Below, piece after piece: positions 37,568 to 46,186 of a stretch of DNA of 64,000 bases. The stretch's first letter is position 1. Every line of letters starts with the position of its first letter. The translations under genes and the position numbers were made by a program. The stretch comes from Nanobdellati archaeon. GTDB lineage: Archaea; Nanobdellota; Nanobdellia; CSSed11-243R1. The notes beneath the pieces are model-generated. The model worked only from the letters and a program-made list of their open reading frames with translations. It made no database searches and was not told the origin of the DNA. The stretch is taken from contig JALTFL010000002.1 in NCBI GenBank assembly GCA_027007025.1, forward strand, positions 167,066 through 231,065. Direction: 5' to 3'.

Positions 37568-37906
37568 ATGCCATTTACAATTGTATCAACGCCAGCATTC
37601 ATGAGAAGAGTGAAGAAATTAAAAAAAGATCATAAGAATAGAATTAAAAAGTTTATAGAAAAAATCGAAAAAGAAGGATTGCATACCCTAAAGATTCTAA
37701 CCACTCAAAATGATTATATCCTTGGAGAAATAAAATCATCAAAGCCACCTTATAGATTATATGTTGTGTATGATCAAAAAACAAAAATATTCTACGCCTT
37801 ATTGTGGGAATCCAAAAACAAACAGAAGAAAATAATACGAAAATTAACTAAACAGCTAAAAATGGGTGTTGATATAGGGATAAATTATATATTTGGAGAA
37901 GAATAA
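37568..37906 (+). CDS. RelE/ParE-like toxin-fold protein
   Basis: TPAFMRRVKKL...IEKI...PPYRLYVV pattern. Confidence 0.55.
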   Translation: MPFTIVSTPAFMRRVKKLKKDHKNRIKKFIEKIEKEGLHTLKILTTQNDYILGEIKSSKPPYRLYVVYDQKTKIFYALLWESKNKQKKIIRKLTKQLKMGVDIGINYIFGEE

Positions 37907-37913
37907 AAAAAGA

Positions 37914-38120
37914 TTAGCCTAGTGCTTCTTTAAGTTCTTTTGCGGAGACTACTTTTATTTTTCCTGATTTTATTGCATCTACTTCTGCACCAAGCTTAAG
38001 CAATAAAAGTCTGTGGTAAAATTCAGTTGCAAAAGATTCTACAAGCTGTTTAGACATATTTCTAAGCATTTCCTTATCAAATTGTAGGACATCACCTTCT
38101 ATTTTTGCCACACCTTTCAT
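37914..38120 (-). CDS. small antitoxin-like protein
   Basis: AGGTGA SD; C-terminus IKSGKIKVVSAKELKEALG. Confidence 0.5.
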   Translation of the reverse strand: MKGVAKIEGDVLQFDKEMLRNMSKQLVESFATEFYHRLLLLKLGAEVDAIKSGKIKVVSAKELKEALG

Positions 38121-38235
38121 CATTTTCACCTTGTAAATTAACAATCAAAGTGCTAAATATAAAGTTTTGCTTTATTATACACCGCTGACAAAAAGTTTAA
38201 GCGCCGGGACTGGGACTTCCACGCACCGCCAAGAG

Positions 38236-38280
38236 TTTCTCTCTTAGCGCAGGTTCTCTCTTTTCAAAGAGAGAAAGTGC
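38236..38280 (-). repeat. triplex-type element copy Q (Ser 59/60 intron; core identical to E and M)
   Basis: Reverse complement matches 9735-9779. Confidence 0.88.
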
Positions 38281-38321
38281 TTTTGAACCCAGACATCCCG
38301 AAGGAAACAGGCTCTCGTAGA

Positions 38322-38355
38322 CTTCTTTGGTCGAGCTTTCTTCCAAAGAAAGGTC
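38322..38355 (-). repeat. triplex-type element copy P (Ser 37/38 intron)
   Basis: tttctt / gaagaaa / gctcgacc / aaagaag. Confidence 0.85.
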
Positions 38356-38420
38356 ATTCCAGGCCTGCGCAATACCAAGTTATGCGATCCCGGCACTAAA
38401 CATAAAGAAATAAATCTGTT

Positions 38421-38735
38421 TTATAAAGTTTTATTTATCTCGTATTGCAACACCGGCAGGATTAGTGTGTTTCCAAATAGGATTAGTAAGAACCACAATA
38501 CCGGTTGATTGTCTTTCGTGACTTTTTTTGAAAACACTTCAGAGAAGCGGTAAATCCAGTATAAATTGACTATTGGTATTATGAGGAGCCACGCAGTTGG
38601 TATTTTGCCGCCCTTTTTGTTTAGTATATCCTTTGTCACAACAAACCAATAGAGAGCGTATATGCCGAATGTTATAATTGACAGAATGAATACAACAATA
38701 GGGTCTCTTTTTTCTATTTTTCTTTTCTTTGCCAT
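38421..38735 (-). CDS. DUF4234-like membrane protein
   Basis: LSIITFGIYALYW, IPIVNLYW. Confidence 0.75.
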   Translation of the reverse strand: MAKKRKIEKRDPIVVFILSIITFGIYALYWFVVTKDILNKKGGKIPTAWLLIIPIVNLYWIYRFSEVFSKKVTKDNQPVLWFLLILFGNTLILPVLQYEINKTL

Positions 38736-38749
38736 GTTGTTCTATATAC

Positions 38750-39376
38750 CTATTTGTTTTTATTTGTTTTGATGCTTTTGTACACCCAGTATCCCGCTTT
38801 TTTTCCGAGAACCTCCAAGTTTCCGAAAAGCTCTTCCATATGCTCTGCTATTCTTTCCCCGCCGTGCCGCTTCCTGACTACGACTTGCAGATTTCCTTTT
38901 TCGTTAAGGTGCTCGTACGCACCATCAATTAATTTATAACAATTTTCAAGCCCGGCAGTCTGCGGGGGATTCAGGAGAACGATGTCAAACACTTCATTCT
39001 TTAATCCGGAGAAAAAGTAGCTTTGCTTTGCGGCGGCGTTTTTTACATTGTTTATCTTTATGTTTTTCTTTGCGCAGTCCACTGCCCTCTCGTTTATGTC
39101 CGCCATTGTCACGCTGCAAGTTGGACACATCTTCGCGGCGGCTATACCTATTGCTCCGTAGCCGCACCCCAAGTCAAGAATTTTACTTTCCTTTCTCAAT
39201 TCCATATATGTTATTAATGTCATTGTTCCCAAATCAATCTTCCTGGGCGAAAAAATTCCCGACGCGGTTATGAAATTCATGGGTATTCCCGCTATGACTG
39301 CGTGGAATTTGTATTCTATCCTTTTTGACTTCGGTTTTTTGACGTAGTAATGTTCATGCCTCGAAAGCCTAACCAT
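38750..39376 (-). CDS. class I SAM methyltransferase (RsmC/MTS-like)
   Basis: GIFS..IDLGT, LDLGCGYGAIG, NPP. Confidence 0.85.
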   Translation of the reverse strand: MVRLSRHEHYYVKKPKSKRIEYKFHAVIAGIPMNFITASGIFSPRKIDLGTMTLITYMELRKESKILDLGCGYGAIGIAAAKMCPTCSVTMADINERAVDCAKKNIKINNVKNAAAKQSYFFSGLKNEVFDIVLLNPPQTAGLENCYKLIDGAYEHLNEKGNLQVVVRKRHGGERIAEHMEELFGNLEVLGKKAGYWVYKSIKTNKNK

Positions 39377-39479
39377 AAATGGAATTAGAATTAAAGGGTT
39401 TATTAATTTATTTAATCGTGATTACTTCAAAATGGGCAATTATATATATTCTAAGTGACTTATAAAATATGGGGGTGAT

Positions 39480-39737
39480 GTGATGAGTGTAGTTGCCTAT
39501 GTGCTTTTGAATGTAAGAAAAGGTGGAAATAATAACGTAGCGGAATTGTTAAGGAATATGCAAGGCATCATTGACGTCACCGAGCTTTATGGAGAGTATG
39601 ACATCATAGCAAAAGTCGAGAAGGAGAACATGGAAGAATTGCAAAGATTTTTAATAAACAACATACGTTCTATAAAAGAAATAGAGCAAACCGCTACCAT
39701 GATTGCAACAAGTGAAAAATATGGCATCAATAGATGA
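39480..39737 (+). CDS. Lrp/AsnC ligand-binding domain protein
   Basis: AYVLL...LYGEYDIIAKV. Confidence 0.85.
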   Translation: MMSVVAYVLLNVRKGGNNNVAELLRNMQGIIDVTELYGEYDIIAKVEKENMEELQRFLINNIRSIKEIEQTATMIATSEKYGINR

Positions 39738-40050
39738 CTTCCAAAAATTAGACATTCGTGTGGGCAAGATATTGTCTGCTGAATTGCATGAAAAGGCAAG
39801 AAAGCCTATGTACAAATTAGTTATTGATTTCGGCGAAGAAATAGGTAGAAAAAATGCCGTCGCCGGGGTAACGGAATTTTACAGCAGGGACGAGCTTGTT
39901 GGAAAAATTGTAGTCGCGATAGTCAATCTCGAGCCTAAAACCATTGCGGGGTTTACTTCTGAATGTATGACGCTTGGGGCGCTTGATGAGGATAAGTTCG
40001 CGCTTCTAATGCCCGACAAAGAAGTAAAGCTAGGTAGTAAAATTTATTAA
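39721..40050 (+). CDS. tRNA-binding protein CsaA/Trbp111
   Basis: DFQKLDIRVGKI, IVNLEP..IAGFTSECM. Confidence 0.85.
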   Translation: MASIDDFQKLDIRVGKILSAELHEKARKPMYKLVIDFGEEIGRKNAVAGVTEFYSRDELVGKIVVAIVNLEPKTIAGFTSECMTLGALDEDKFALLMPDKEVKLGSKIY

Positions 40051-40071
40051 CTATATAGTAATAAATAAATT

Positions 40072-40716
40072 ATGAGAAAACAACTTGAGGATATGCTTGG
40101 TATTCACACACGTGAAGAATTTCTAAAAGTAATTGAAGAAAAATATAAAAAAGACCCAGATTATAGATTATCTCTTGATCCATCTCTATATAGGTTGGGG
40201 TATAAGAGACGCTTTGATTGGAATCTTGCTGATTCAGAAGGAAATTTCTCTCTAAGTAGGTTGGAAGAAGAAATTGTTGGGAAATCTAGAAGAGAAACTA
40301 ATGTTGTTTGGACAAAAGAAACAATTTTGTATTGCGTAAAATATTTTGTTGATAAGAGTATGTTTAGCTCAGAAAATCCAATGAATGTAGAAATTAGACT
40401 TCCGAGTGGGGATTTGGTTAATGTTTCTCCAAAGAAAGTTTATAACATTGCTTCAAAAAAAAGAAAGATGTTTTCAAGAAATAATAGATTCGTTGGTTTG
40501 AGTGGTTTAGTGAACATGGCATGTGGGGAATATATTGAACCTAATAATATGGACTTAAAAGAGGAAGTAGTTAGGTGGTGGTATTCCACTCACGGTTTTT
40601 TTGGAGTTGATAAGATGATGATTTCTCCAGAGATGTCATGGGCGCAAATTGAAAAACATACAGGTAGAACAAGGCGGCAAATTATCAGTGAGATGGGTAA
40701 ACACCAACAGGCATAG
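40072..40716 (+). CDS. hypothetical protein
   Basis: 214-aa ORF. Confidence 0.55.
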   Translation: MRKQLEDMLGIHTREEFLKVIEEKYKKDPDYRLSLDPSLYRLGYKRRFDWNLADSEGNFSLSRLEEEIVGKSRRETNVVWTKETILYCVKYFVDKSMFSSENPMNVEIRLPSGDLVNVSPKKVYNIASKKRKMFSRNNRFVGLSGLVNMACGEYIEPNNMDLKEEVVRWWYSTHGFFGVDKMMISPEMSWAQIEKHTGRTRRQIISEMGKHQQA

Positions 40717-41671
40717 TAACCCTGTCAAGTTTTACCGCTATTCCCTTTTCAGCCTCAACCATGCCCTGCGAGCGCATTTGTGCAAATCCGATACCTACAA
40801 GCTCGTTCTTTAATGTCATTACTGCAACTTCATTTCCTTTTTTTATACCCTCTTCGACTTTTGAGATTCCAGGGACTCCAAGGGGCGCGCCGTGAGTAAG
40901 GGAATCAACTGTAGAATCAAATACCCATACCTTCGGCACGAGCTTTGTGACATTTTCCATTGGCTGCATGACATACCTCAAATATTTTTCGTTGCCCTCT
41001 TCCTTCCAGAAGGCGTATGCATCCTCCAAGTCCTGAAGGGTTGCCATTCTTTCGTCTTCTTTGAATCCGCCTGCCTTTGTTCTTCTCAATTCTGCCATGT
41101 GAGCGCGGGTTCCAGCCATCGAGCCGAGCTGCTCGCAAAGTCTTCGTATGTATGTTCCCTTTTCAGTTCCGGCTCTGAATAACACATCTCTTCCTTTTTT
41201 CTCTATGAATTCCAAATAATAAATCTCCCTTTCTCTGACTACACGCTTCACGTGGGAGCGCTTTGGCGGGAGTTGTTCTATCTTGCCTATGAATTTTTTC
41301 ATGGCATCTCTTATTTTTCCCTCATGTATGTCAGAGTGCAGGTGCATGAGCGCGACATATTCCTTTCCGGACAGCAGAAACAATCTCATTATCTTCGTGG
41401 CGTTGTTTATTGCAATTGGAAGGACTCCTGTTACTGCCGGGTCCAGCGTCCCTCCGTGCCCTGCCTTTTTGGCGTGAAGTATTTTTTTTACCCAGTCGCT
41501 TACCTGGTGGCTTGTGGGTCCCTTCGGCTTGTCAAGATTTATGATTCCATTTTTTAAATATTCATCAATTGGCCTCTTTTCAGGAATGTAACCATAGCTA
41601 AAGTCAGTCTCATCTTCCTTGCGGATGAGTATTTCTCTTTTTTCCATTTTCTCGTACGGCAGTTGTCCCAT
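40685..41671 (-). CDS. cbf5: pseudouridine synthase Cbf5
   Basis: DKPKGPTSHQV, GHGGTLDP, GTYIR, PUA domain. Confidence 0.95.
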   Translation of the reverse strand: MGQLPYEKMEKREILIRKEDETDFSYGYIPEKRPIDEYLKNGIINLDKPKGPTSHQVSDWVKKILHAKKAGHGGTLDPAVTGVLPIAINNATKIMRLFLLSGKEYVALMHLHSDIHEGKIRDAMKKFIGKIEQLPPKRSHVKRVVREREIYYLEFIEKKGRDVLFRAGTEKGTYIRRLCEQLGSMAGTRAHMAELRRTKAGGFKEDERMATLQDLEDAYAFWKEEGNEKYLRYVMQPMENVTKLVPKVWVFDSTVDSLTHGAPLGVPGISKVEEGIKKGNEVAVMTLKNELVGIGFAQMRSQGMVEAEKGIAVKLDRVTMPVGVYPSH

Positions 41672-41713
41672 TGTAAAAAATTTAAATACTAGTAAGTATT
41701 TAATAATTACCCC

Positions 41714-42601
41714 ATGAAAGCGAAGAAAGCGGTTGTCGTAGGCAACTTAGCGATACGGAATGAAATAAAAGGCAGGAAGAAGGTAACCACTCTAGCAGGT
41801 TCTTATTTTGCGGCGCTACAGCTTGCTAAACTAGGATATGACGTAACCTTAGTGTCGCGTTTGGCGTCAAATTTCCCAGAAAAGTATTTGAAGATGATTA
41901 AATCCGCGAAGATTCACCTGCTGAAGCAGCCGTCTTGGGAAACTACAGAGTATGATGTAACATACCATAAGGACGAATCTAAAACAGCATTTGTCCATTC
42001 CGATGCCGGACCCATAATGAGCGTCCCGCGCATTGATGCAGATTTGGTAATCATAACTTCTTACATAGGGCACATAGGAATTGACGTTTTGAAAAACTTG
42101 AAGAGGGAGGAAAATATACTTGCGCTTGATGTCCAGGGATTTACCAAGTACAAGCACCAAAATGGTGAGTTGACTTACGTCCCATGGCTTGAAAAAGAAG
42201 AGTACCTAAAATATGCAGACATTGTCAAACTTAATGCCGCTGAATTGTATTATTTAACTGGGAAAACTACCATAAATTCTGCTTCCGAGCTCTTAAAACT
42301 CGGTCCGAAAGTTGTCATGCTGACATTGGGGAACAGAGGTGCATACGTTTTCCACGACAAGAAATACATGAAGATACCTGTATATAAAGACGTCAAGTTA
42401 AAAGACAAAGTCGGCGTTGGAGATGTTTACACAGCTGCATTTGCCTCAAAGTATTCCGAAAGCGAGGATATAGTCAAGGCATCTTACTTTGCTTCAGCCG
42501 CGGCGTCATTCTGTGTAGAAAAAGTCGGCGCTGAGGGAATAGCAAACGAGAAAAAAATAAACAAAAGATATAAAGTTCTAAAAGATATTTTTTTAGTTTG
42601 A
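41714..42601 (+). CDS. PfkB-family carbohydrate kinase
   Basis: KLNAAE, TLGNRGA, DKVGVGDVY. Confidence 0.85.
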   Translation: MKAKKAVVVGNLAIRNEIKGRKKVTTLAGSYFAALQLAKLGYDVTLVSRLASNFPEKYLKMIKSAKIHLLKQPSWETTEYDVTYHKDESKTAFVHSDAGPIMSVPRIDADLVIITSYIGHIGIDVLKNLKREENILALDVQGFTKYKHQNGELTYVPWLEKEEYLKYADIVKLNAAELYYLTGKTTINSASELLKLGPKVVMLTLGNRGAYVFHDKKYMKIPVYKDVKLKDKVGVGDVYTAAFASKYSESEDIVKASYFASAAASFCVEKVGAEGIANEKKINKRYKVLKDIFLV

Positions 42602-42997
42602 TTTTGTTGCTTCTGCGGATTTCAATGCTTCTTCGACAATTTCATCTTCTGTCTTTTTAGATTTCTTCTTTGACTTTGCTTCTGGTGCCTTTTTCTTCAA
42701 TGGTCTTATCTTCTTTGGCTTTTCTCCGCCCTTTCTCGCTCGTTTTTCTTTTACTTTCGGCTCATGTTTTTCCAAAATGCCTTTTTCTTCAAATATCTTT
42801 TTGACTTCCTCTGTTGTTGCTCCCTTTTTTACGTCTATTTTTTCAGGAAGCAACTCAATGTGGTTTATATTACATTTTCTTCTTTTGACATTGCCATCTA
42901 TAATCACGAATTTGTTATCAACTACATCCACAATGACTGCTTTTTTTCCGGCTTCTCTCCCGGCTATTTTCATGCATAGTCTTCCGATTTCTATCAT
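42593..42997 (-). CDS. rpl14e: 50S ribosomal protein eL14
   Basis: IEIGRLCMKIAGREAG, VKRRKCNINHIE. Confidence 0.92.
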   Translation of the reverse strand: MIEIGRLCMKIAGREAGKKAVIVDVVDNKFVIIDGNVKRRKCNINHIELLPEKIDVKKGATTEEVKKIFEEKGILEKHEPKVKEKRARKGGEKPKKIRPLKKKAPEAKSKKKSKKTEDEIVEEALKSAEATKSN

Positions 42998-43242
42998 AAT
43001 CCTCCCCTCACTCTAGATACCATCTCTTTTCTCATGCATTTCGGACACAAGTCCGGCATGATTCTTGAAGGTCTCTTCTTTGATTTTGTGCTGCTTCGCT
43101 CTATACCATGTAGTGGTTTCCCACAAATTCTACACTTACGTTCAGTTTTTTCAGTCTTTTTGTAATGCGTTTTTGACTTTCCGCCAGGTGTTTTCAATCT
43201 TTTTTGGGTTTTGCTTCTTGATCTTAACATAGGTTTTACCAT
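42994..43242 (-). CDS. rpl34e: 50S ribosomal protein eL34
   Basis: RSRS..KTPGG, CRICGKPLHG, RPSR..LCPKC. Confidence 0.9.
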   Translation of the reverse strand: MVKPMLRSRSKTQKRLKTPGGKSKTHYKKTEKTERKCRICGKPLHGIERSSTKSKKRPSRIMPDLCPKCMRKEMVSRVRGGL

Positions 43243-43919
43243 CATTCCCACTTCCTTAAATAAACATTTTTCAATGCTTTATTTAAAATAGATGATGTCA
43301 CTAATGATATTAAAATGTATGTCCCAAGCCATCCAATCTCGCTTCCCATCCATGGGAGACTAAATGGCAGTTTGATAAACACTAATTTGTGGGGCGTTAT
43401 CTTTACTGTTAAATTATCCTTAGCTATATTCACTACTTTGCTTGCACCTAATATTGACGTGTTTACCTCATTTCCGTTTATAAAAACCTTGCAGTCACTT
43501 GAGTTGATTGTGGCATCCATACTCTGTGATTTACTGAATGTTTCGTTTATGCCTGCGCATGGAATTGCTAAGTGCCCATTACCGCTTATGTCAAAATGTA
43601 TTTGGGAGCCAACTCCTATTGGAGCATACGCGAACGATGCTCCTATAATATAAAACACAATTATATACGGTAAAAATGTTATGAACATCGGCTTGAACTG
43701 CTGCTTCATGATTGTCATGTTTATATTGAGCAGTTCATCCTGTTTTTCATGATATTCCTTGCTTTTTGGGTCGACTTCTTTTAACTCCTTCTGAAGTTTT
43801 TTCATCCTTTCTCTTGAGTCATTTACTAATTTTTCATTTATAAGTAATTTATTGATTAAGATAGTTATAACGGAAAGTCCAATTGCTATTCCACTTACCG
43901 CTAATAAATCACTAACCAT
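43242..43919 (-). CDS. EMC3/TMCO1-like (DUF106) membrane insertase
   Basis: QFKPMFIT, GWLGTYIL; position after secY. Confidence 0.85.
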   Translation of the reverse strand: MVSDLLAVSGIAIGLSVITILINKLLINEKLVNDSRERMKKLQKELKEVDPKSKEYHEKQDELLNINMTIMKQQFKPMFITFLPYIIVFYIIGASFAYAPIGVGSQIHFDISGNGHLAIPCAGINETFSKSQSMDATINSSDCKVFINGNEVNTSILGASKVVNIAKDNLTVKITPHKLVFIKLPFSLPWMGSEIGWLGTYILISLVTSSILNKALKNVYLRKWE

Positions 43920-43920
43920 A

Positions 43921-45306
43921 TTATCCCATCACCTTTCTTACCATAGGATTCATTTCAGCCATATGTGCCTTTTGAAGGTCCTCATATATCTTGTATATAA
44001 TCATTACTGTCAAGATTATACCTGTCCCTCTGCTGAGGGCGTTGAATACATCCGCAACTGCGGCAAGCGCACCTACTGTGATTCCACCAAGAATTGTAAG
44101 CGGTATTATGTACCTCGCTAGAACTTTTTCTAATATTCTTTTGTCTCTTCTGAACCCTGGCATGCTCAGTCCAGAGCTTAATATCTGGTCTGCCACGTCG
44201 CTGGGACTGCTTTTGCCCACGTTCAGCCATAAATATGAGAAGAATATGGAACCTATAATCATAAATGATGCGTAGAAAATGGTTGACTTTAATGCAACCA
44301 TGTTTAATCCATTAACGAAGATTGATGAGATTGATGGATGTTGGATATACTTAGCTATCCCGGAAATTGGCACCTGCGTGTACCTGCCCCCTCCCATTTG
44401 GACTGTTTCAAATTCACCTAGCCATGGAAGACCCGCGTTGAACATCATCAATGCCCACATCTGAAGGCTGGCGATGAGCGCTGCTGTTAATATAACAGGT
44501 ATATTCGAAGTGTAAAACCATTTGATGGGCCATTTTATACCATATCCTCTGACCTTACCGAAGGATAAAGGAATGTTAATCTGCACACCTGAGAAATATA
44601 CCGCCATTAAGAACACCACTATTGTTGACACTATACTTATGAACGGCCAAAATGCAAGGGATGAATTTCCGCTTGATACAAGTGCTATTATTTTGGGTAC
44701 GGCTCCTACGGGGTATTGCGTTCTGGGGTCAAGCAATGGAGATAACCCTTTTGTTATTATTTGTCTGGATACCCCTGCTGCGATGAACAATGATATACCT
44801 GAGCCGACACCCCATTTGCTTGTTACTTCATCAAGAAGCATAAGTATTGAACCGCCTGCAATTAATTGTACTATTAGAATTGTTGCACCTACCAGTCCTG
44901 GAACTGCAGGTGGAAGTGCACCAGATAGTACATATGCAGCGTTTTCGAATATTATAAAAAATAGCGAAAAGAATTTTTGATATCCTTGGTATTTTTTTCT
45001 ACCTTCGGGTGTTTTCAAGTCGACTTTTATAACTTCCGCACCTGAAAGCAATTGAAGCATGATTGATCCAGTTACTATAGGACCAATACCAAGTGATATC
45101 AATGAGCCGAAGTTAGCGGCGAGTAAAATTGAAAGAGTTTCAAATTGGGCGACATAATTTCTGTTAAGGCCATATAATGGTGTTAAAGATAGAATAAAAT
45201 AAAGTGTTAGCGCTACTCCCGTCCATATTAACTTTTCTTTAAGCGTGAGCTTCTTTATAGGTTTTACAACCTCTGGAAAGCTCGAAAAAATTTTTTCAAA
45301 TCCCAT
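43921..45306 (-). CDS. secY: preprotein translocase SecY
   Basis: LGIGPIVT, SKWGVGSGISLFIAAG, YTSNIPVIL, PGFRRD. Confidence 0.96.
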   Translation of the reverse strand: MGFEKIFSSFPEVVKPIKKLTLKEKLIWTGVALTLYFILSLTPLYGLNRNYVAQFETLSILLAANFGSLISLGIGPIVTGSIMLQLLSGAEVIKVDLKTPEGRKKYQGYQKFFSLFFIIFENAAYVLSGALPPAVPGLVGATILIVQLIAGGSILMLLDEVTSKWGVGSGISLFIAAGVSRQIITKGLSPLLDPRTQYPVGAVPKIIALVSSGNSSLAFWPFISIVSTIVVFLMAVYFSGVQINIPLSFGKVRGYGIKWPIKWFYTSNIPVILTAALIASLQMWALMMFNAGLPWLGEFETVQMGGGRYTQVPISGIAKYIQHPSISSIFVNGLNMVALKSTIFYASFMIIGSIFFSYLWLNVGKSSPSDVADQILSSGLSMPGFRRDKRILEKVLARYIIPLTILGGITVGALAAVADVFNALSRGTGIILTVMIIYKIYEDLQKAHMAEMNPMVRKVMG

Positions 45307-45307
45307 T

Positions 45308-45721
45308 TTATTCACTTAATATCTTTCCGCCGGCAGCTTCTATTTTATTTTTGGCTTTTTCTGTGAAAATTTTTACTTTTACCATAAGTTTTTTTGTGAC
45401 TTTACCGCTTCCCAATAATTTTTGGTAGCCAAGCTTTGACAAGTCTATTTCGTTGCCTATCTTTGAAGCCATTTTGTCCAGGCTGCCGATATTTGTTGCC
45501 TTTGGGTGGAAATCCTGCTTTTGTTTTACGCTTGTGAATCCTTTTCCATGCGAGCTTAATTCGGGATGTTTAATTAAGAGGGTTCTTTTATGGGCTGCTC
45601 TTTTGTTTATGCCCGCCTTTCCTCTTCCTCCTCTGTTACCTGCTCCTCGGGCTCTCTTGCCGCTGCCTCTGCCTGTTTTTCTTCCTCTAATTCTTTTGGA
45701 TTTCTTTCTGTGTCTTATCAT
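45308..45721 (-). CDS. rpl15: 50S ribosomal protein uL15
   Basis: RGAGNRGGRGKAG, KLLGSG, KIEAAGG. Confidence 0.93.
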   Translation of the reverse strand: MIRHRKKSKRIRGRKTGRGSGKRARGAGNRGGRGKAGINKRAAHKRTLLIKHPELSSHGKGFTSVKQKQDFHPKATNIGSLDKMASKIGNEIDLSKLGYQKLLGSGKVTKKLMVKVKIFTEKAKNKIEAAGGKILSE

Positions 45722-46185
45722 ATCATCCTCTCCAAAAGCGCGTTAATTTCTTTTCCGCGGTATCCAAATACTCCGCCAAGTGAATATGGTTTCTTTAACC
45801 CTTTTCTTTCAAATCCTTTTGTTGGGGGTTTCAACTTGAAGAATTGTTTTAACCCAGGGATATCTTTTAGTCTAATCTTTTCTTCTGTGACTTCTTTGGC
45901 AATTTCATCAACACCTTTGCCCGTCTTTTCTTTTATATACTCAGGTGTGATTTTCTTGTTGCCTGGGAGCTTGCCTCTCTTTTCAATGAGTTTCTTTGCG
46001 ATTTTTTCGTCAAGTTCTCCCCATGCGATATATCTATCAACTTTTTTTAGCATACCAATTATTTCTTTTTTATTTGGCAATATTGTGCAATGGTGTTTCT
46101 TGTACAGCTTAAGCAGCTGCAATGTTTTTTCTACTTCTTTCTTAACATTCACTTTCCCTTTTATTCTAACGACTGCTATTGCCAT
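45718..46185 (-). CDS. rpl30: 50S ribosomal protein uL30
   Basis: AVVRIKG, IAWGE, LKPPTKGF, GYRG.EIN.LL.RM. Confidence 0.92.
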   Translation of the reverse strand: MAIAVVRIKGKVNVKKEVEKTLQLLKLYKKHHCTILPNKKEIIGMLKKVDRYIAWGELDEKIAKKLIEKRGKLPGNKKITPEYIKEKTGKGVDEIAKEVTEEKIRLKDIPGLKQFFKLKPPTKGFERKGLKKPYSLGGVFGYRGKEINALLERMI

Positions 46186-46186
46186 A

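Larger units (their letters stand above)
38202..38394 (-). tRNA. tRNA-Ser(GGA) with 2 introns: 37/38 at 38314-38356 and 59/60 at 38216-38281
   Basis: Acceptor GCCGGGA/TCCCGGC + G73, CAGGC-CTGGAAA-GCCTG, variable arm TCC-TTCG-GGA. Confidence 0.92.

Noticed and set aside
4529-38355. Recurrent hairpin repeats as a CRISPR array
   Set aside because: Copies are dispersed, variable and inside tRNA genes; no regular repeat-spacer array and no cas genes
4529-38355. Element as an intrinsic terminator or box C/D guide RNA
   Set aside because: The hairpin is followed by purines on the sense strand and preceded by the T-tract on the antisense strand; no paired RUGAUGA/CUGA boxes seen in the introns
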